The notes beneath the pieces are model-generated. The model was not told where the DNA came from. It saw only the letters and a program-made list of their open reading frames with translations, and searched no databases. DNA of 64,000 nucleotides, taken from assembly GCA_020854115.1 (NCBI GenBank), contig JADZGC010000004.1, forward strand, positions 65,665-129,664. The letters are read 5' to 3'. Position numbers and translations under genes: made by a program. Every line of letters begins with the position of its first letter. The first letter of the stretch is position 1. Shown one piece after another: positions 29,446 through 42,150 of this stretch. The stretch comes from a bacterium (GTDB lineage Bacteria > Patescibacteriota > Saccharimonadia > CAILAD01 > GCA-016700035).

Positions 29446-30141
29446 TTAAGCGCCGAATCGACGCTGTCTATTGGCGTAATCTTCTAGCGCAGCTGAGAGG
29501 TCAGTTTCATCGAAGTCCGGCCACTTCTTGTCTATAAAGTAGAGCTCGGCATAAGCTGCTCGCCAAAGCATGAAGCCACTAAGGCGTTTTTCACCAGAAC
29601 TGCGGATAATCAAATCGACTGGTGGGACATCGGGCACGTATATATTCTGGCTGATTGTTTCCTCAGTAATCTCCTCTGGATTCATGCCAGAACGTACAAT
29701 CCGCTTCGTGGCATCAACGATCTCCTCATGGCCGCCATAGTTTAGACACAGTACGAGTGTTCCGTTTGTATTATTCTTCGTATGGTCCTCGGCTTTTCGG
29801 ATAAGCTTGAGAATTTTTTCTGACAGTCGATCGTCATTGCCGGCAATACGTATGCGCACACCCCGAGTGTGGATGTCATCGAGCTCATGCTTCGCAACCC
29901 ATTCGAGTAGTTTCATGATAAATGCAACTTCTTCGGTGCTGCGCTGCCAGTTCTCGCGCGACCACACATAAGCGGTGACGTATTTGACGCCGCTCTCGAG
30001 GGTCTTGAGGCCTATTTCTTTGAAGTTTTTATACCCCTGACGGTGGCCTTCTAGGATAGGGAGGCCCTGTTCTTTTGCCCAGCGGCGGTGACCGTCAAGA
30101 ATAAAGCCGACGTGGGTCGGGATGTGTGATTCGTGTTGCAT
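29446..30141 (-). CDS. uppS: Undecaprenyl/polyprenyl diphosphate synthase
   Basis: PTHVGFILDGHRRWA, SRENWQRS, LNYGG, DLIIRSSGEKRLSGF. Likely true start is MQHESHIP. Confidence 0.96.
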   Translation of the reverse strand: MQHESHIPTHVGFILDGHRRWAKEQGLPILEGHRQGYKNFKEIGLKTLESGVKYVTAYVWSRENWQRSTEEVAFIMKLLEWVAKHELDDIHTRGVRIRIAGNDDRLSEKILKLIRKAEDHTKNNTNGTLVLCLNYGGHEEIVDATKRIVRSGMNPEEITEETISQNIYVPDVPPVDLIIRSSGEKRLSGFMLWRAAYAELYFIDKKWPDFDETDLSAALEDYANRQRRFGA

Positions 30142-30222
30142 ACGTGTATTTGTGAAACCATTATATCCTACTCGAGCTGCGACAGAAGTCAAACACCATC
30201 TGATTTTTATCGAGAAATAGTA

Positions 30223-30252
30223 TTGACCCCGGATGTGCAGTCGTGCTACCAT
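30223..30252 (+). promoter_or_regulatory. Probable promoter for the 23S-5S transcript or the upstream structured RNA
   Basis: TTGACC-18-(TG-extended)TACCAT. Confidence 0.5.
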
Positions 30253-30589
30253 CGTTGACAGGTATACATAAGGAGTAGTCCACGCGTGAGTAACCGATCC
30301 ACATTTGGAGGCACCCGCCACTAAGCTGATTTTAGCTCGGGGATTCACGCGTGGCCGCCTCAAAAAAGCGCCACGTTTTTATTTTGCTCATTGACATAAG
30401 CATCTTTGATAGTAATCACTGATTCTAGCCGACGACTATCAAATATAAGGTGCGATCATAGAGAATAAGGGTAATACAAATGTGATTTAATGTTAGAGAT
30501 AGTAATAGTAAACCAGCTTGCGATTGTGGACTGGTTATTTCTAACGAACCGACAACGCACTTGAAAGAGTGTGTTAGTCATCTCAAACG

Positions 30590-33784
<3,195 letters not shown>

Positions 33785-33951
33785 TTGCGTGACATTGTGT
33801 GATGAATTCGTTCTTCATACAAGTCACAGCATGAGACGGCTAACACGCTCTTGAAGAGTGTTGTCGAAATAAGTCACGTTTGTATCTTATTCTCTATGTG
33901 TGCCAATGAGCATCGATCTGGTAGCTTTGATTTACATTGAGGAGACATCGG

Positions 33952-34058
33952 ACCGGTGCTTATAGCGAAGAGGTTCCACCGGTTCCCATCCCGAACACCG
34001 AAGTTAAGCTCTTCTGCGGCGATGATACTGCTCTGCGGGAAAGTAGCGCGGTGCCGGA
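33952..34058 (+). rRNA. rrf: 5S rRNA (short, ~107 nt)
   Basis: CCCATCCCGAACAC.GAAGTTAAGC, GATGATACT, GGGAAAGTAG. Terminal helix ccggtgc/gtgccgg. Confidence 0.93.
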
Positions 34059-34067
34059 TTTATCATG

Positions 34068-34100
34068 AAGACCAGGTCTTAGCCTGGTCTTTTTGTTTTT
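34068..34100 (+). terminator. rRNA terminator
   Basis: aagaccagg-tcttag-cctggtctt followed by a T-run. Confidence 0.85.
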
Positions 34101-34150
34101 ATTGATGAATTATGTAATGTAAGCACAAGCGACATGAGCCTATCTCTAAT

Positions 34151-34897
34151 TGGCACAAGACCATTTAATACCTAGCCCCGCCGCCCCTTCCGTAGAATTT
34201 TAAGTAATTCTGTATGCATGTCATTATGCCTCATTGTTATATCTAAATTCGCATTCCTTAAGATGTAGGTTGAAATGGTCGTGCCTAAGACCTCGTAATT
34301 TGGATAGACGTACTTTTGCTACTCCCCAGAGGTTTTCAATGCCATTGATGTGATTCCTGGGATTAGCGTGGCTTACAAACTCATTCTCTCCATGGTTTAC
34401 CCTGAAATGTTGCTTGTAGCCCCAATCTACTAAGCCATCGTAGGCCTTCCAGCCGTTACTGTAGACCGTAGAATCACCAGTTATCCTTTCTTGTATGATC
34501 TGTTTTAGCACATCTCTGGAAGCGTTCTTTGCGACTTGGGTGTACACGCTATCCCCACGTTTTATGAGCCCAAAGACAACAATCTTCTTACCGGCTCCGC
34601 GTCCGCGTACACCACGGACTCTGCGTGGACCAAAATAGCTTTCGTCTATCATCTTTTACCACTCAGAGGGCTTGTGGCATCACAGTAACGTACAATGCAG
34701 CTATGTATGTAGGTTATGCTTCGTTAATTGCTTACAGTTTAACATTATAATGTTTGCTATCTGAATAGCTGTTAAATCCTCGTAAAAGTAACGCGCAATC
34801 TCACGATACTTCTTATCTGAAATTCGGGGACGTTTCTGGTACCGGTCGCTCATCTGTTATCTAGCATAACATTTTGGAGTTAACTGGTCTTGTACCA
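34151..34897 (-). mobile_element. IS1595-family (ISXO2-like) element, degraded
   Basis: IRs tggcacaagaccatttaa and ttaactggtcttgtacca flank a broken transposase. Confidence 0.8.
34224..34853 (-). pseudogene. IS1595 transposase pseudogene
   Basis: N-terminus MSDRYQKRPRISDKKYREIARYF is out of frame with IDESYFG...RGRGA...NHINGIENLW...LHLKECEFRYN. VYSNGW replaces the usual VYSDGW. Confidence 0.85.
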
Positions 34898-34993
34898 AAA
34901 CATATAGCACCAAGCCTTGGTGCTGGCCATGGTTGCTCAACTTCATCTGCGGCCTTAATTAGTTAAGGAATGTAGCATTCGAACATAAGACTA

Positions 34994-35022
34994 TTGACTT
35001 TGAGTCAAATATGCCGTAAAAT
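34994..35022 (+). promoter_or_regulatory. Sigma70 promoter of the KGG-protein gene
   Basis: TTGACT-17-TAAAAT. Palindrome ttgactttgagtcaa overlaps the -35. Confidence 0.7.
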
Positions 35023-35150
35023 CCTGAAGCATAACTAATTACTCGAGTAAAATCGAAGAATTAGTGAGGAGTTTTACGCGTGCTGACCGTGGAGGGTCGG
35101 CCAAAAAGCAGGCGCACTCCAGTGATTATCAATAATCAGGAGATAAGCGA

Positions 35151-35357
35151 ATGCCAGGAACAAAGAATGGTGGCATCAAAGCCGCTGAAACCAATAAGAA
35201 ACGTTATGGTAAGTCTTTTTACCAGCGCATCGGCGCTATGGGTGGAAAGAAAAGCACTGGCGGTGGTTTTGCCGCTAACCCAGAGTTGGCACGAGAAGCC
35301 GGTCGCAAGGGTGGCTTGAAGAGCCGCAAGAATAAGACCGCTAAGCAAGCAGCTTAA
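35151..35357 (+). CDS. Small KGG-motif stress-protein-like basic protein
   Basis: AGGAG RBS. FYQRIGAMGG...GGFAANPELAREAGRKGG. Confidence 0.85.
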   Translation: MPGTKNGGIKAAETNKKRYGKSFYQRIGAMGGKKSTGGGFAANPELAREAGRKGGLKSRKNKTAKQAA

Positions 35358-35369
35358 AACTATCGCAAG

Positions 35370-35409
35370 CATACAAAAAGACGCCCCTCCGAGGGCGTCT
35401 TTTTGTATG
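35370..35409. terminator. Bidirectional terminator
   Basis: catacaaaaagacgccc-ctccga-gggcgtctttttgtatg, between convergent genes. Confidence 0.9.
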
Positions 35410-35420
35410 AGGCATATTTG

Positions 35421-35888
35421 TTAAAGTCTTATGCGACGAACGCGCGCCTGTACGTCGGTTTTGACCTGCCATCGTGTATCGCAGAGAAAACATCGATACG
35501 TAATTGCATCGTCTTGGGTTGAGAAATTATTACAGGCGGGGCAGGTAGCGCGTTGGGTTAGCCAGGAAGCATAGGTTTGGAGACATGAGCGTAGGTATTC
35601 GTCGGGGATAGTAACACTATATTGTTTACAGAGCTGCGAGGTAAGGCCCCAGGCCTGAGTTTCTAGGGCAAATAGCTCGAGGTCAGTATTGTAGTGGAAA
35701 TGCCCGAGCTGAGCATGTGCTATCTCATGGAGTAGGGCAATTTGCCCTTCGTTTTCACCTACGGTATCAGAATCGTAGTAAATGATCTCGTCGGCGGCGT
35801 CGTACAAGAAGTCATCACTTGCTTCAAATTGGAGGTCATTATAGCGCTCCTGTACACGTGTTAATAACGATTGTTTCACCCTCATCAC
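35421..35888 (-). CDS. HEXXH metallopeptidase-like (ImmA/IrrE-like) protein with C-terminal zinc ribbon
   Basis: LLHEIAHAQLGH...E..AW, then CPAC...CFLC. Confidence 0.75.
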   Translation of the reverse strand: MMRVKQSLLTRVQERYNDLQFEASDDFLYDAADEIIYYDSDTVGENEGQIALLHEIAHAQLGHFHYNTDLELFALETQAWGLTSQLCKQYSVTIPDEYLRSCLQTYASWLTQRATCPACNNFSTQDDAITYRCFLCDTRWQVKTDVQARVRRIRL

Positions 35889-35908
35889 TCTCTATCATAC
35901 AGCGACTT

Positions 35909-36730
35909 TTAGTCTTCGGCGAGCGTAGCGTCAGCTGCAACTAATAGTGCTCCCAGCAGCGGGGCGTGCTCAGTATATTTTGCCTGGAGAATAGGTGGGA
36001 GTTGATAGAACGGTTGGTAGCTACGCATAATCTTTCGTACATCTTTTATGAAGCGCTTGTAGTGTACGCCCACGCCTCCACCAATGATGACGGCTTCAGG
36101 GTCGCTTGAAACAATCAAGTCATAGAGTCCGAGCGCGATATCTTGGCTGATCTCACGCCATATGCGGCGCGAACGGATTTGGCCGGCAATTCGGCCGTAG
36201 CGCTGCCGAATTGCGGTTCCGCTAGCAATTTGCTCGAAACGCTGCGTGGGGGTTTTGAGTAGGATGCGCCCGCCTTCGGGATTGTGAGGACTTGGCAACG
36301 CCTTGCCATCCAGGATGAGGGCCGACCCGATACCAGTAGATATTGTGACGTAGAGGATGAAGCGATACTTTTTTGCACTTCCCATGCGCGCCTCACAGAT
36401 ACCAGCAGCCGTTGCATCATGTACCAGAGTAGCTGGTACGCGGTATCGGGCATGTAGCCAGGGAATAATAGCCGCATTGTGCCACGGTATGTGTGTAGGC
36501 TTTGTCATAACCCCGCGCTTTGTATCGAGTGGACCAGGCGCTGTGACCCCAATAGCTGTAAACGGTGCACGGATTTGCCAGCGATCGATAATTTCTTCCA
36601 TATGGTGGCGTGCTACGACAAAACTAGCCGGCGTCGGAATATCAATAGTCTCTCCAACGTGTTGAGGGTGGTTGGTCTTAGTAAGGCGTATCTTCGTGCC
36701 ACCAATATCGACGCCAACATAGGTTGTCAT
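35909..36730 (-). CDS. ROK-family sugar kinase
   Basis: GVDIGGTK, APGPLD, HDATAAGICEA, YVTISTGIG, IIGGGV. Confidence 0.92.
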   Translation of the reverse strand: MTTYVGVDIGGTKIRLTKTNHPQHVGETIDIPTPASFVVARHHMEEIIDRWQIRAPFTAIGVTAPGPLDTKRGVMTKPTHIPWHNAAIIPWLHARYRVPATLVHDATAAGICEARMGSAKKYRFILYVTISTGIGSALILDGKALPSPHNPEGGRILLKTPTQRFEQIASGTAIRQRYGRIAGQIRSRRIWREISQDIALGLYDLIVSSDPEAVIIGGGVGVHYKRFIKDVRKIMRSYQPFYQLPPILQAKYTEHAPLLGALLVAADATLAED

Positions 36731-36840
36731 CTCTTTCTATCATACGGCTCGGGGCGCGAAAACAAAACCCTTACGCTTGCTATCTAGCCACCAGGTGCTA
36801 CAATCTGGGGTAAGTGTATTAATAAGGAAATATCAGCCAT

Positions 36841-37203
36841 ATGTTGAAAAATTCAACAGTTCGCATAATTCTCGCTGCCGCAGTAGTCGTCTTAATTGTT
36901 GCTGCAACTTTTGCATATGGGAATAGCCAACGTCAGACCCAGCTTAAGAAAAACGAACAGCTCGCTCAACAGAGCAGCTCGACCTCAGAGAGCGCGTCAA
37001 CTTCACCAGCTGCTAGCGCGTCTGCAACCCCAACTCCATCTAGCACCCCATCGCCAACAGTGATTACCCCTCCAAACGGCATTACTCCTGAAACTGGTGC
37101 GGGTTGGTTGGTTTCGGTACCTGTTGCACTCTTGGCAGTGCTTTATTATGTCAGTAAACAGTCTAAGGATGATACCGAGTCAGCATTGCGCAAGCAGCGC
37201 TAG
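36841..37203 (+). CDS. Small exported S/T/P-rich protein with TPETG sorting-like signal
   Basis: N-terminal signal/TM, S/T/P linker, TPETG 37084-37098, TM and charged tail. Confidence 0.75.
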   Translation: MLKNSTVRIILAAAVVVLIVAATFAYGNSQRQTQLKKNEQLAQQSSSTSESASTSPAASASATPTPSSTPSPTVITPPNGITPETGAGWLVSVPVALLAVLYYVSKQSKDDTESALRKQR

Positions 37204-37229
37204 GCACACTCAGTTATAGTAGCTTGAGA

Positions 37230-37260
37230 AGACTCGGCATAAAGCCGAGTCTTTACTTTT
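37230..37260 (+). terminator. Intrinsic terminator
   Basis: aagactcggc-ataaa-gccgagtctt followed by T-rich sequence. Confidence 0.75.
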
Positions 37261-37379
37261 TACAGATAGAGAGCTATAATTGTACCCAACGTAGCAGTAC
37301 TGGTCTATGAAGTACTTTTCTTTTCGTACTTCTCTTCGGTTCTGTTGCAATCTTTTTTGAAAGGAAGAAATTACATATT

Positions 37380-38474
37380 ATGGCAGAAAAACTTATGACT
37401 ATGGATGACCTCCTCGCGCAGACAGAGATGAAAGTGCTCGCTGCAGGTGATATTGTCGAGGGGAGTGTTATCTCGGCAGACAAGCATGAGATATGGCTTG
37501 ATCTGGGTGCATACGGCATTGGAGTCATTCTAGGTCGCGAAATCGAGCACACAGCACAAGGGCTCAATGAAGGGGCTGAGCTGTCCGCCTCAGTACTGGA
37601 GCCAGAGACCCCAGAGGGGTACGTCATCTTGAGCCTGCGTAAGGTCGCTAAGGAGAAGGGCTGGGAGACTCTAGAGACTCGTCACGAATCTGGTGAAGTA
37701 TTTGGTATTGTGCCCTTTGATGCTAACCGCGGTGGCTTGCTCATCGAAATCGACGGGATACGGGGATTCTTACCCGTAAGCCAGCTCTCAGCTGAAAATT
37801 ATCCTCGCGTTTCAGGCGCAGATAAGGATGAAATCTTACATCGACTCAATCAGCTCGTTGGGCAAACGTTGATGGTTCGTATCCTTGACCTTGATCGTAA
37901 ACAGAATAAACTGATTGTTTCCGAAAAGGCTGCGCGTCGCGAGATGACCGAAGATAAGATCTCCTCGATCGAGGTTGGTGCCGAAATAGAAGGCATTGTA
38001 ACTGGAGTGGTCGATTTCGGGATCTTTGTTAATGTCGATGGCGTTGAGGGTATGGTCCATATTTCCGAGATAGCTTGGGATCGAGTCGAAAGTCCAAGTA
38101 AGTATGTCAAGGTTGGTGATACGGTCAAGGCGAAAGTGATTGCAATAGATTCAGATAAGCTTTCATTGTCGATGAAGCAGCTCACCCCTGACCCATGGAT
38201 GAAAGAGAGCGAACAGTTCAGGGTAGGTGATAGCGTCGAAGGCACTATCAATCGCATCACTCCATTTGGTGCTTTTGTACAAGTTACCCCAGTGATTGAA
38301 GCTCTGGTACATATCTCGGAGCTATCCGAAGAACATGTCTCTGATCCGAATGATCTGGTGAGGGTAGGAGATAAGAAGACCTTCCGCATCATTGCGATTG
38401 ATCCGGTACAGCATAAACTCTCATTGTCGCTTAAGCCTGCCAAGGCGGGTAAGACAGAAGCGAAAGAAAAGTAG
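37380..38474 (+). CDS. rpsA: 30S ribosomal protein S1 (4 S1 domains)
   Basis: NRGGLL...RGFLPVSQL, FGIFV...EGMVHISEI, FGAFV...ALVHISEL. Confidence 0.95.
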   Translation: MAEKLMTMDDLLAQTEMKVLAAGDIVEGSVISADKHEIWLDLGAYGIGVILGREIEHTAQGLNEGAELSASVLEPETPEGYVILSLRKVAKEKGWETLETRHESGEVFGIVPFDANRGGLLIEIDGIRGFLPVSQLSAENYPRVSGADKDEILHRLNQLVGQTLMVRILDLDRKQNKLIVSEKAARREMTEDKISSIEVGAEIEGIVTGVVDFGIFVNVDGVEGMVHISEIAWDRVESPSKYVKVGDTVKAKVIAIDSDKLSLSMKQLTPDPWMKESEQFRVGDSVEGTINRITPFGAFVQVTPVIEALVHISELSEEHVSDPNDLVRVGDKKTFRIIAIDPVQHKLSLSLKPAKAGKTEAKEK

Positions 38475-38477
38475 CAT

Positions 38478-38717
38478 ATGGCGGCAGCGCGCACAGGACA
38501 TATCCCAGAGCGCACCTGTCGCGCTTGTCGCAAGAAATTCCCAAAGCTTGCGTTGCATCGCTGGGTCGTAATTGATGGAGTGGCGGTGCCAGATCCTCAA
38601 AAAAATAAAGGCGGTCGTGGGTGGTATGCCTGTGATGAACCGAGCTGCCAGGCCAAAATATCACAGATTGCTGTCGGACAAGCTAGATCATTACAGCGCC
38701 GTAAGCAAGGAAACTAG
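38478..38717 (+). CDS. ylxR: YlxR/DUF448 RNA-binding protein
   Basis: PERTCRACR...GRGWYAC...C, upstream of infB. Confidence 0.85.
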   Translation: MAAARTGHIPERTCRACRKKFPKLALHRWVVIDGVAVPDPQKNKGGRGWYACDEPSCQAKISQIAVGQARSLQRRKQGN

Positions 38718-40508
38718 ATGAAAGAACATACAGACGACACATCGACTGACTCAAAGACTGAGGTACTCATTCCCCAGACTATTACTGTAGGTGAATTCGC
38801 TAAGCGGCTTGAGATGGGCCCAGCAAGACTGATTGGGGTATTGATGAAAAACGGTGTGATGGCAACGATCAATGAATCAATTGATTTTGGCACAGCTTCA
38901 ATTATCGCAGACGAACTTGGTTTTCAACTCAAGCTTGAAGAAGTTGTTGATCTCAGGCCAAGTGATGAGATGGAGATAGAAGAGGAGCTCACGGATCTCC
39001 AGGACCGTCCGCCTGTGGTAGCAGTGATGGGGCATGTTGACCATGGAAAGACCAGCCTTCTTGACTCAATTCGAAATGCAGAGGTTGTAGCATCTGAGTC
39101 TGGTGGGATTACGCAGCACATCGGCGCCTATCAGGTTGAGCGCAACAAGCGCATGGGGACGTTTCTCGATACGCCAGGGCATGAGGCATTTAGTGTGATT
39201 CGGGCACATGGTGTGCGTGTGACTGATGTGGTAGTTATAGTTGTGGCAGCTGATGATGGTGTGAAGCCACAGACCAAAGAGGCAGTGCGACTTGCCCAAG
39301 AAGCTGATGCTGGTCTCGTGGTGGCAATAAATAAGGTCGACAAGCTAGACGCTGACGTCAACAAGACCAAACAACAGCTGAGTGAAATTGGTCTCGTACC
39401 AGACGATTGGGGTGGCGATGTGCCATGCGTCGAGGTCTCAGCAAAGACAGGTAACGGCATAGATACATTACTAGACATGGTATTGCTTGTGGCAGACCTC
39501 AAGAAGCCTCAAGCGCACTTTGTGGGCTCACCGCGGGGTGTAATTATTGAAAGCCACATGGAGACTGGCAAGGGAGCCGTCGTAACACTCTTAGTGCAAG
39601 AGGGGCGACTCAAGACTGGAAGTGTGATAGTGGCAGGATCGACGTATGCGAAGGTCCGAGCTCTGGAGAATGAAAAAGGCCAACGAATGAAGGCGGCAAC
39701 TCCGGGTATGCCGGTGGTGGTGACTGGCTTTAAGGGTGTACCTGCGTATGGAGATTGGTTTGAGGGGGTGGCCTCTGAGAAGGTCGCCAAAGATTGGTTG
39801 GCAGCAAAGAGTAGAGAGACGAGTATCAAGAGCCTTGTGCGCAATAAGGTAGTTTCTGCAAATGATATTGAACGGGCAGTAAATCGCGGACAGGTCAAAA
39901 CGGTGGCAGTTATTCTCAAAGCGGACACTCAGGGATCAGTTGAGTCAATTCTTCAAGCCCTTGAGGGAATCGGGAATGACGAGGTGGCTATCAATATCGT
40001 TTTCTCGGGGATAGGCGATATATCCGAGAACGATATTAATACCGCGAATGCAACCGGTGCAGTAGTACTTGGCTTCCATGTGTCGATTCAGTCTGCAGTG
40101 AACCAATTAGCAAAGCGAACAGGCGTTACATATAAGTTATATCAGATTATCTATGAGCTTCTCGATGATGCGCGCGAATGGCTCACAAGCCTACTTGAGC
40201 CTGAAACCATTACAACGGAGCTTGGTACGCTGGAGCTGTTGGCGATATTTAAGACAGCAAAAGATACGGTTATCTGCGGAGGCAAGGTACTCAGTGGGTC
40301 GGTAGAGCCTGGCGTTGAAATCGAAGTGGTACGTGAAGGCGAAGTGGTCGGCAGTACAGAGCTTATGGAGCTCAAAAAAGGTTCTGATGTGGTTCAGGCC
40401 GCGCTTGTGGAAGAAGAATGCGGCATGCTTGTCAAACGTACCATGACCTTCGCGGTAGGGGATATTTTTCGCTTCATTAAGCACGAGCAGGTGGCTCGTA
40501 CCCTATAA
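38718..40508 (+). CDS. infB: Translation initiation factor IF-2 (short form)
   Basis: RPPVVAVMGHVDHGKT, GGITQHIGAY, DTPGHEAF, NKVD. Confidence 0.97.
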   Translation: MKEHTDDTSTDSKTEVLIPQTITVGEFAKRLEMGPARLIGVLMKNGVMATINESIDFGTASIIADELGFQLKLEEVVDLRPSDEMEIEEELTDLQDRPPVVAVMGHVDHGKTSLLDSIRNAEVVASESGGITQHIGAYQVERNKRMGTFLDTPGHEAFSVIRAHGVRVTDVVVIVVAADDGVKPQTKEAVRLAQEADAGLVVAINKVDKLDADVNKTKQQLSEIGLVPDDWGGDVPCVEVSAKTGNGIDTLLDMVLLVADLKKPQAHFVGSPRGVIIESHMETGKGAVVTLLVQEGRLKTGSVIVAGSTYAKVRALENEKGQRMKAATPGMPVVVTGFKGVPAYGDWFEGVASEKVAKDWLAAKSRETSIKSLVRNKVVSANDIERAVNRGQVKTVAVILKADTQGSVESILQALEGIGNDEVAINIVFSGIGDISENDINTANATGAVVLGFHVSIQSAVNQLAKRTGVTYKLYQIIYELLDDAREWLTSLLEPETITTELGTLELLAIFKTAKDTVICGGKVLSGSVEPGVEIEVVREGEVVGSTELMELKKGSDVVQAALVEEECGMLVKRTMTFAVGDIFRFIKHEQVARTL

Positions 40509-40823
40509 GTGATGTCGCGACGGTCTGATCGGGTAGCAGAACAGATACAGCGTTATGCAGCGCAGGCCTTGGCTGAGTTGAACTTGAGTCGAGAGGTATT
40601 ATTGACTGTTACACGGGCTCGAGTATCTCCTGATATGAAGCAAGCCACTGTTTGGGTCGCTGGGTGGCGGCAGCTTACGCCGGGTCAACAAGAGCGAGCG
40701 ACGCACGAAGTCGCACGATTATTGGCGCGGAACCTAACGAGCAAATTTACACCGCGTGTAACTATCGAGGCAGATGATGCGGGTGAGTATGCATCGAAGA
40801 TCGCTCATTTGTTATCGGGCTGA
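40509..40823 (+). CDS. rbfA: Ribosome-binding factor A
   Basis: RRSDRVAEQI, TVTRARVSPDMKQATVW, KFTP. Follows infB. Confidence 0.85.
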   Translation: MMSRRSDRVAEQIQRYAAQALAELNLSREVLLTVTRARVSPDMKQATVWVAGWRQLTPGQQERATHEVARLLARNLTSKFTPRVTIEADDAGEYASKIAHLLSG

Positions 40824-40863
40824 GAATTGACCCGATAACTCGGCTTGCAGTATGATGAAATAT

Positions 40864-41226
40864 ATGAAAAGCGTATTGCTTGTCGAAGACAATGACTTCA
40901 TCCGCAAGATGTATTTGCTGAAGCTAGGCAAAGCTCAGGACTTTGAAGTCCTAGAAGCTGCGGACGGACTTTCTGCACTACAGGTGCTTGAACAGAAAAA
41001 GCCCGATCTTATGTTGCTCGACATCATGATGCCAAACATGAGTGGGCTCGAAGTGCTTGAAGAGATGAAGAAGAAAAATATTGCAGTGTCAGTGATTATA
41101 TTGAGTAATGTGATGAGTACCGAAACACGTGAGACGGCTCAAAAATACGGCGTGAAGGACTACATCATCAAGAGTGATCTGACCCCGAGCCAGGTATTAG
41201 AAAAGATTCAATCAGCTTTGGGGTAG
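40864..41226 (+). CDS. Single-domain response regulator receiver
   Basis: VLLVED, PDLMLLDIMMPNMSG, YIIK. Start chosen 7 nt after TTGACC-18-TATGAT. Confidence 0.92.
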   Translation: MKSVLLVEDNDFIRKMYLLKLGKAQDFEVLEAADGLSALQVLEQKKPDLMLLDIMMPNMSGLEVLEEMKKKNIAVSVIILSNVMSTETRETAQKYGVKDYIIKSDLTPSQVLEKIQSALG

Positions 41227-42150
41227 CTTGGGTACGCGTAGGCCGTTAAGTGCTTGTTTGGCGTCTAATATCTTGCGTCCAGGCAGCTGGACTTGATCAG
41301 CTGCGAGTGTGCCATCTTTTGTGATGAGTATAAGTTGTTTATTGTGTATATATACTCCTGGCTCTGCTGCTACATTATCTATCTGATGGGCATTGTGAAT
41401 GCGTAGACGGTCTAGCTTTTCTGGCAGGACCACACTTACTCCTGGCCAGCCAGCGTAGGCACGGATCATCCGCTCGAGTTCGGTCGCCGATACATCAGAT
41501 AGAGAGACTTGCCCAGCCGTTTTATTAATAAGTTTGCAAAACGTCACTCCCTCGTCGGGCTGTTCTTGCGGTACCAGGTATCCGGCTAGGTATTTGTGCA
41601 GTGTGGGGAGGAGGAGTTCTTTGCTGGCAGAGATGAGTTTTTGTGTCAATTCTTGCTTCGAGGTCATAGGGGACACTGAAAACGATACTTGACTCAATAT
41701 TGGTCCAGCATCCATTTGCTCGGTAATTTTCATGATCGTAGTGCCTACCTCGGTGTCGCCTGCAAGGATGGCTGCCTCGATTGGTGAAGGGCCTCGGTAT
41801 TTCGGTAGGAGTGAGGGGTGAATATTGATGATACCTTTCGAGAAGAGGGCGAGAAGATCAGGCTTGAGGATCTGACCGTAAGCGAAGAGTAATCCAGCTT
41901 CGGCCTCGAGAGGACGGAGTTCCTCAATGCAGTCACTCGTTCTGACCGGCCGAAAAAGGGGCACCTTATATTCTTTTGCGACTCGAGCGACTGGCGTATC
42001 GGTTTGATGGGCATGCGCGCCTTCTCGACTGGGCTGCGTGACAATACCAACGATATTGAGAAATGTACCGTTCTCCAGTACGTAGCTCAGAATATCAGCG
42101 CTTAACCCAGAGCTTCCAAAGAAGATTATCTTATGAGTGGTTGTGGTCAT
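41212..42150 (-). CDS. fmt: Methionyl-tRNA formyltransferase
   Basis: KIIFFG, AYGQIL, INIHPSLLPKYRGPSP, MDAGP. Confidence 0.96.
   Translation of the reverse strand: MTTTTHKIIFFGSSGLSADILSYVLENGTFLNIVGIVTQPSREGAHAHQTDTPVARVAKEYKVPLFRPVRTSDCIEELRPLEAEAGLLFAYGQILKPDLLALFSKGIINIHPSLLPKYRGPSPIEAAILAGDTEVGTTIMKITEQMDAGPILSQVSFSVSPMTSKQELTQKLISASKELLLPTLHKYLAGYLVPQEQPDEGVTFCKLINKTAGQVSLSDVSATELERMIRAYAGWPGVSVVLPEKLDRLRIHNAHQIDNVAAEPGVYIHNKQLILITKDGTLAADQVQLPGRKILDAKQALNGLRVPKLPQS

Noticed and set aside
30142-30363. 74-aa N-terminal extension of UppS in the ORF track
   Set aside because: Homology begins at HIPTHVG, and a TATAAT lies just upstream of ATG 30141. The extension overlaps promoter and leader DNA.
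35080-35372. Alternative ORFs overlapping the KGG gene
   Set aside because: Shadow frames. Only 35151-35357 has an RBS and a recognisable motif.
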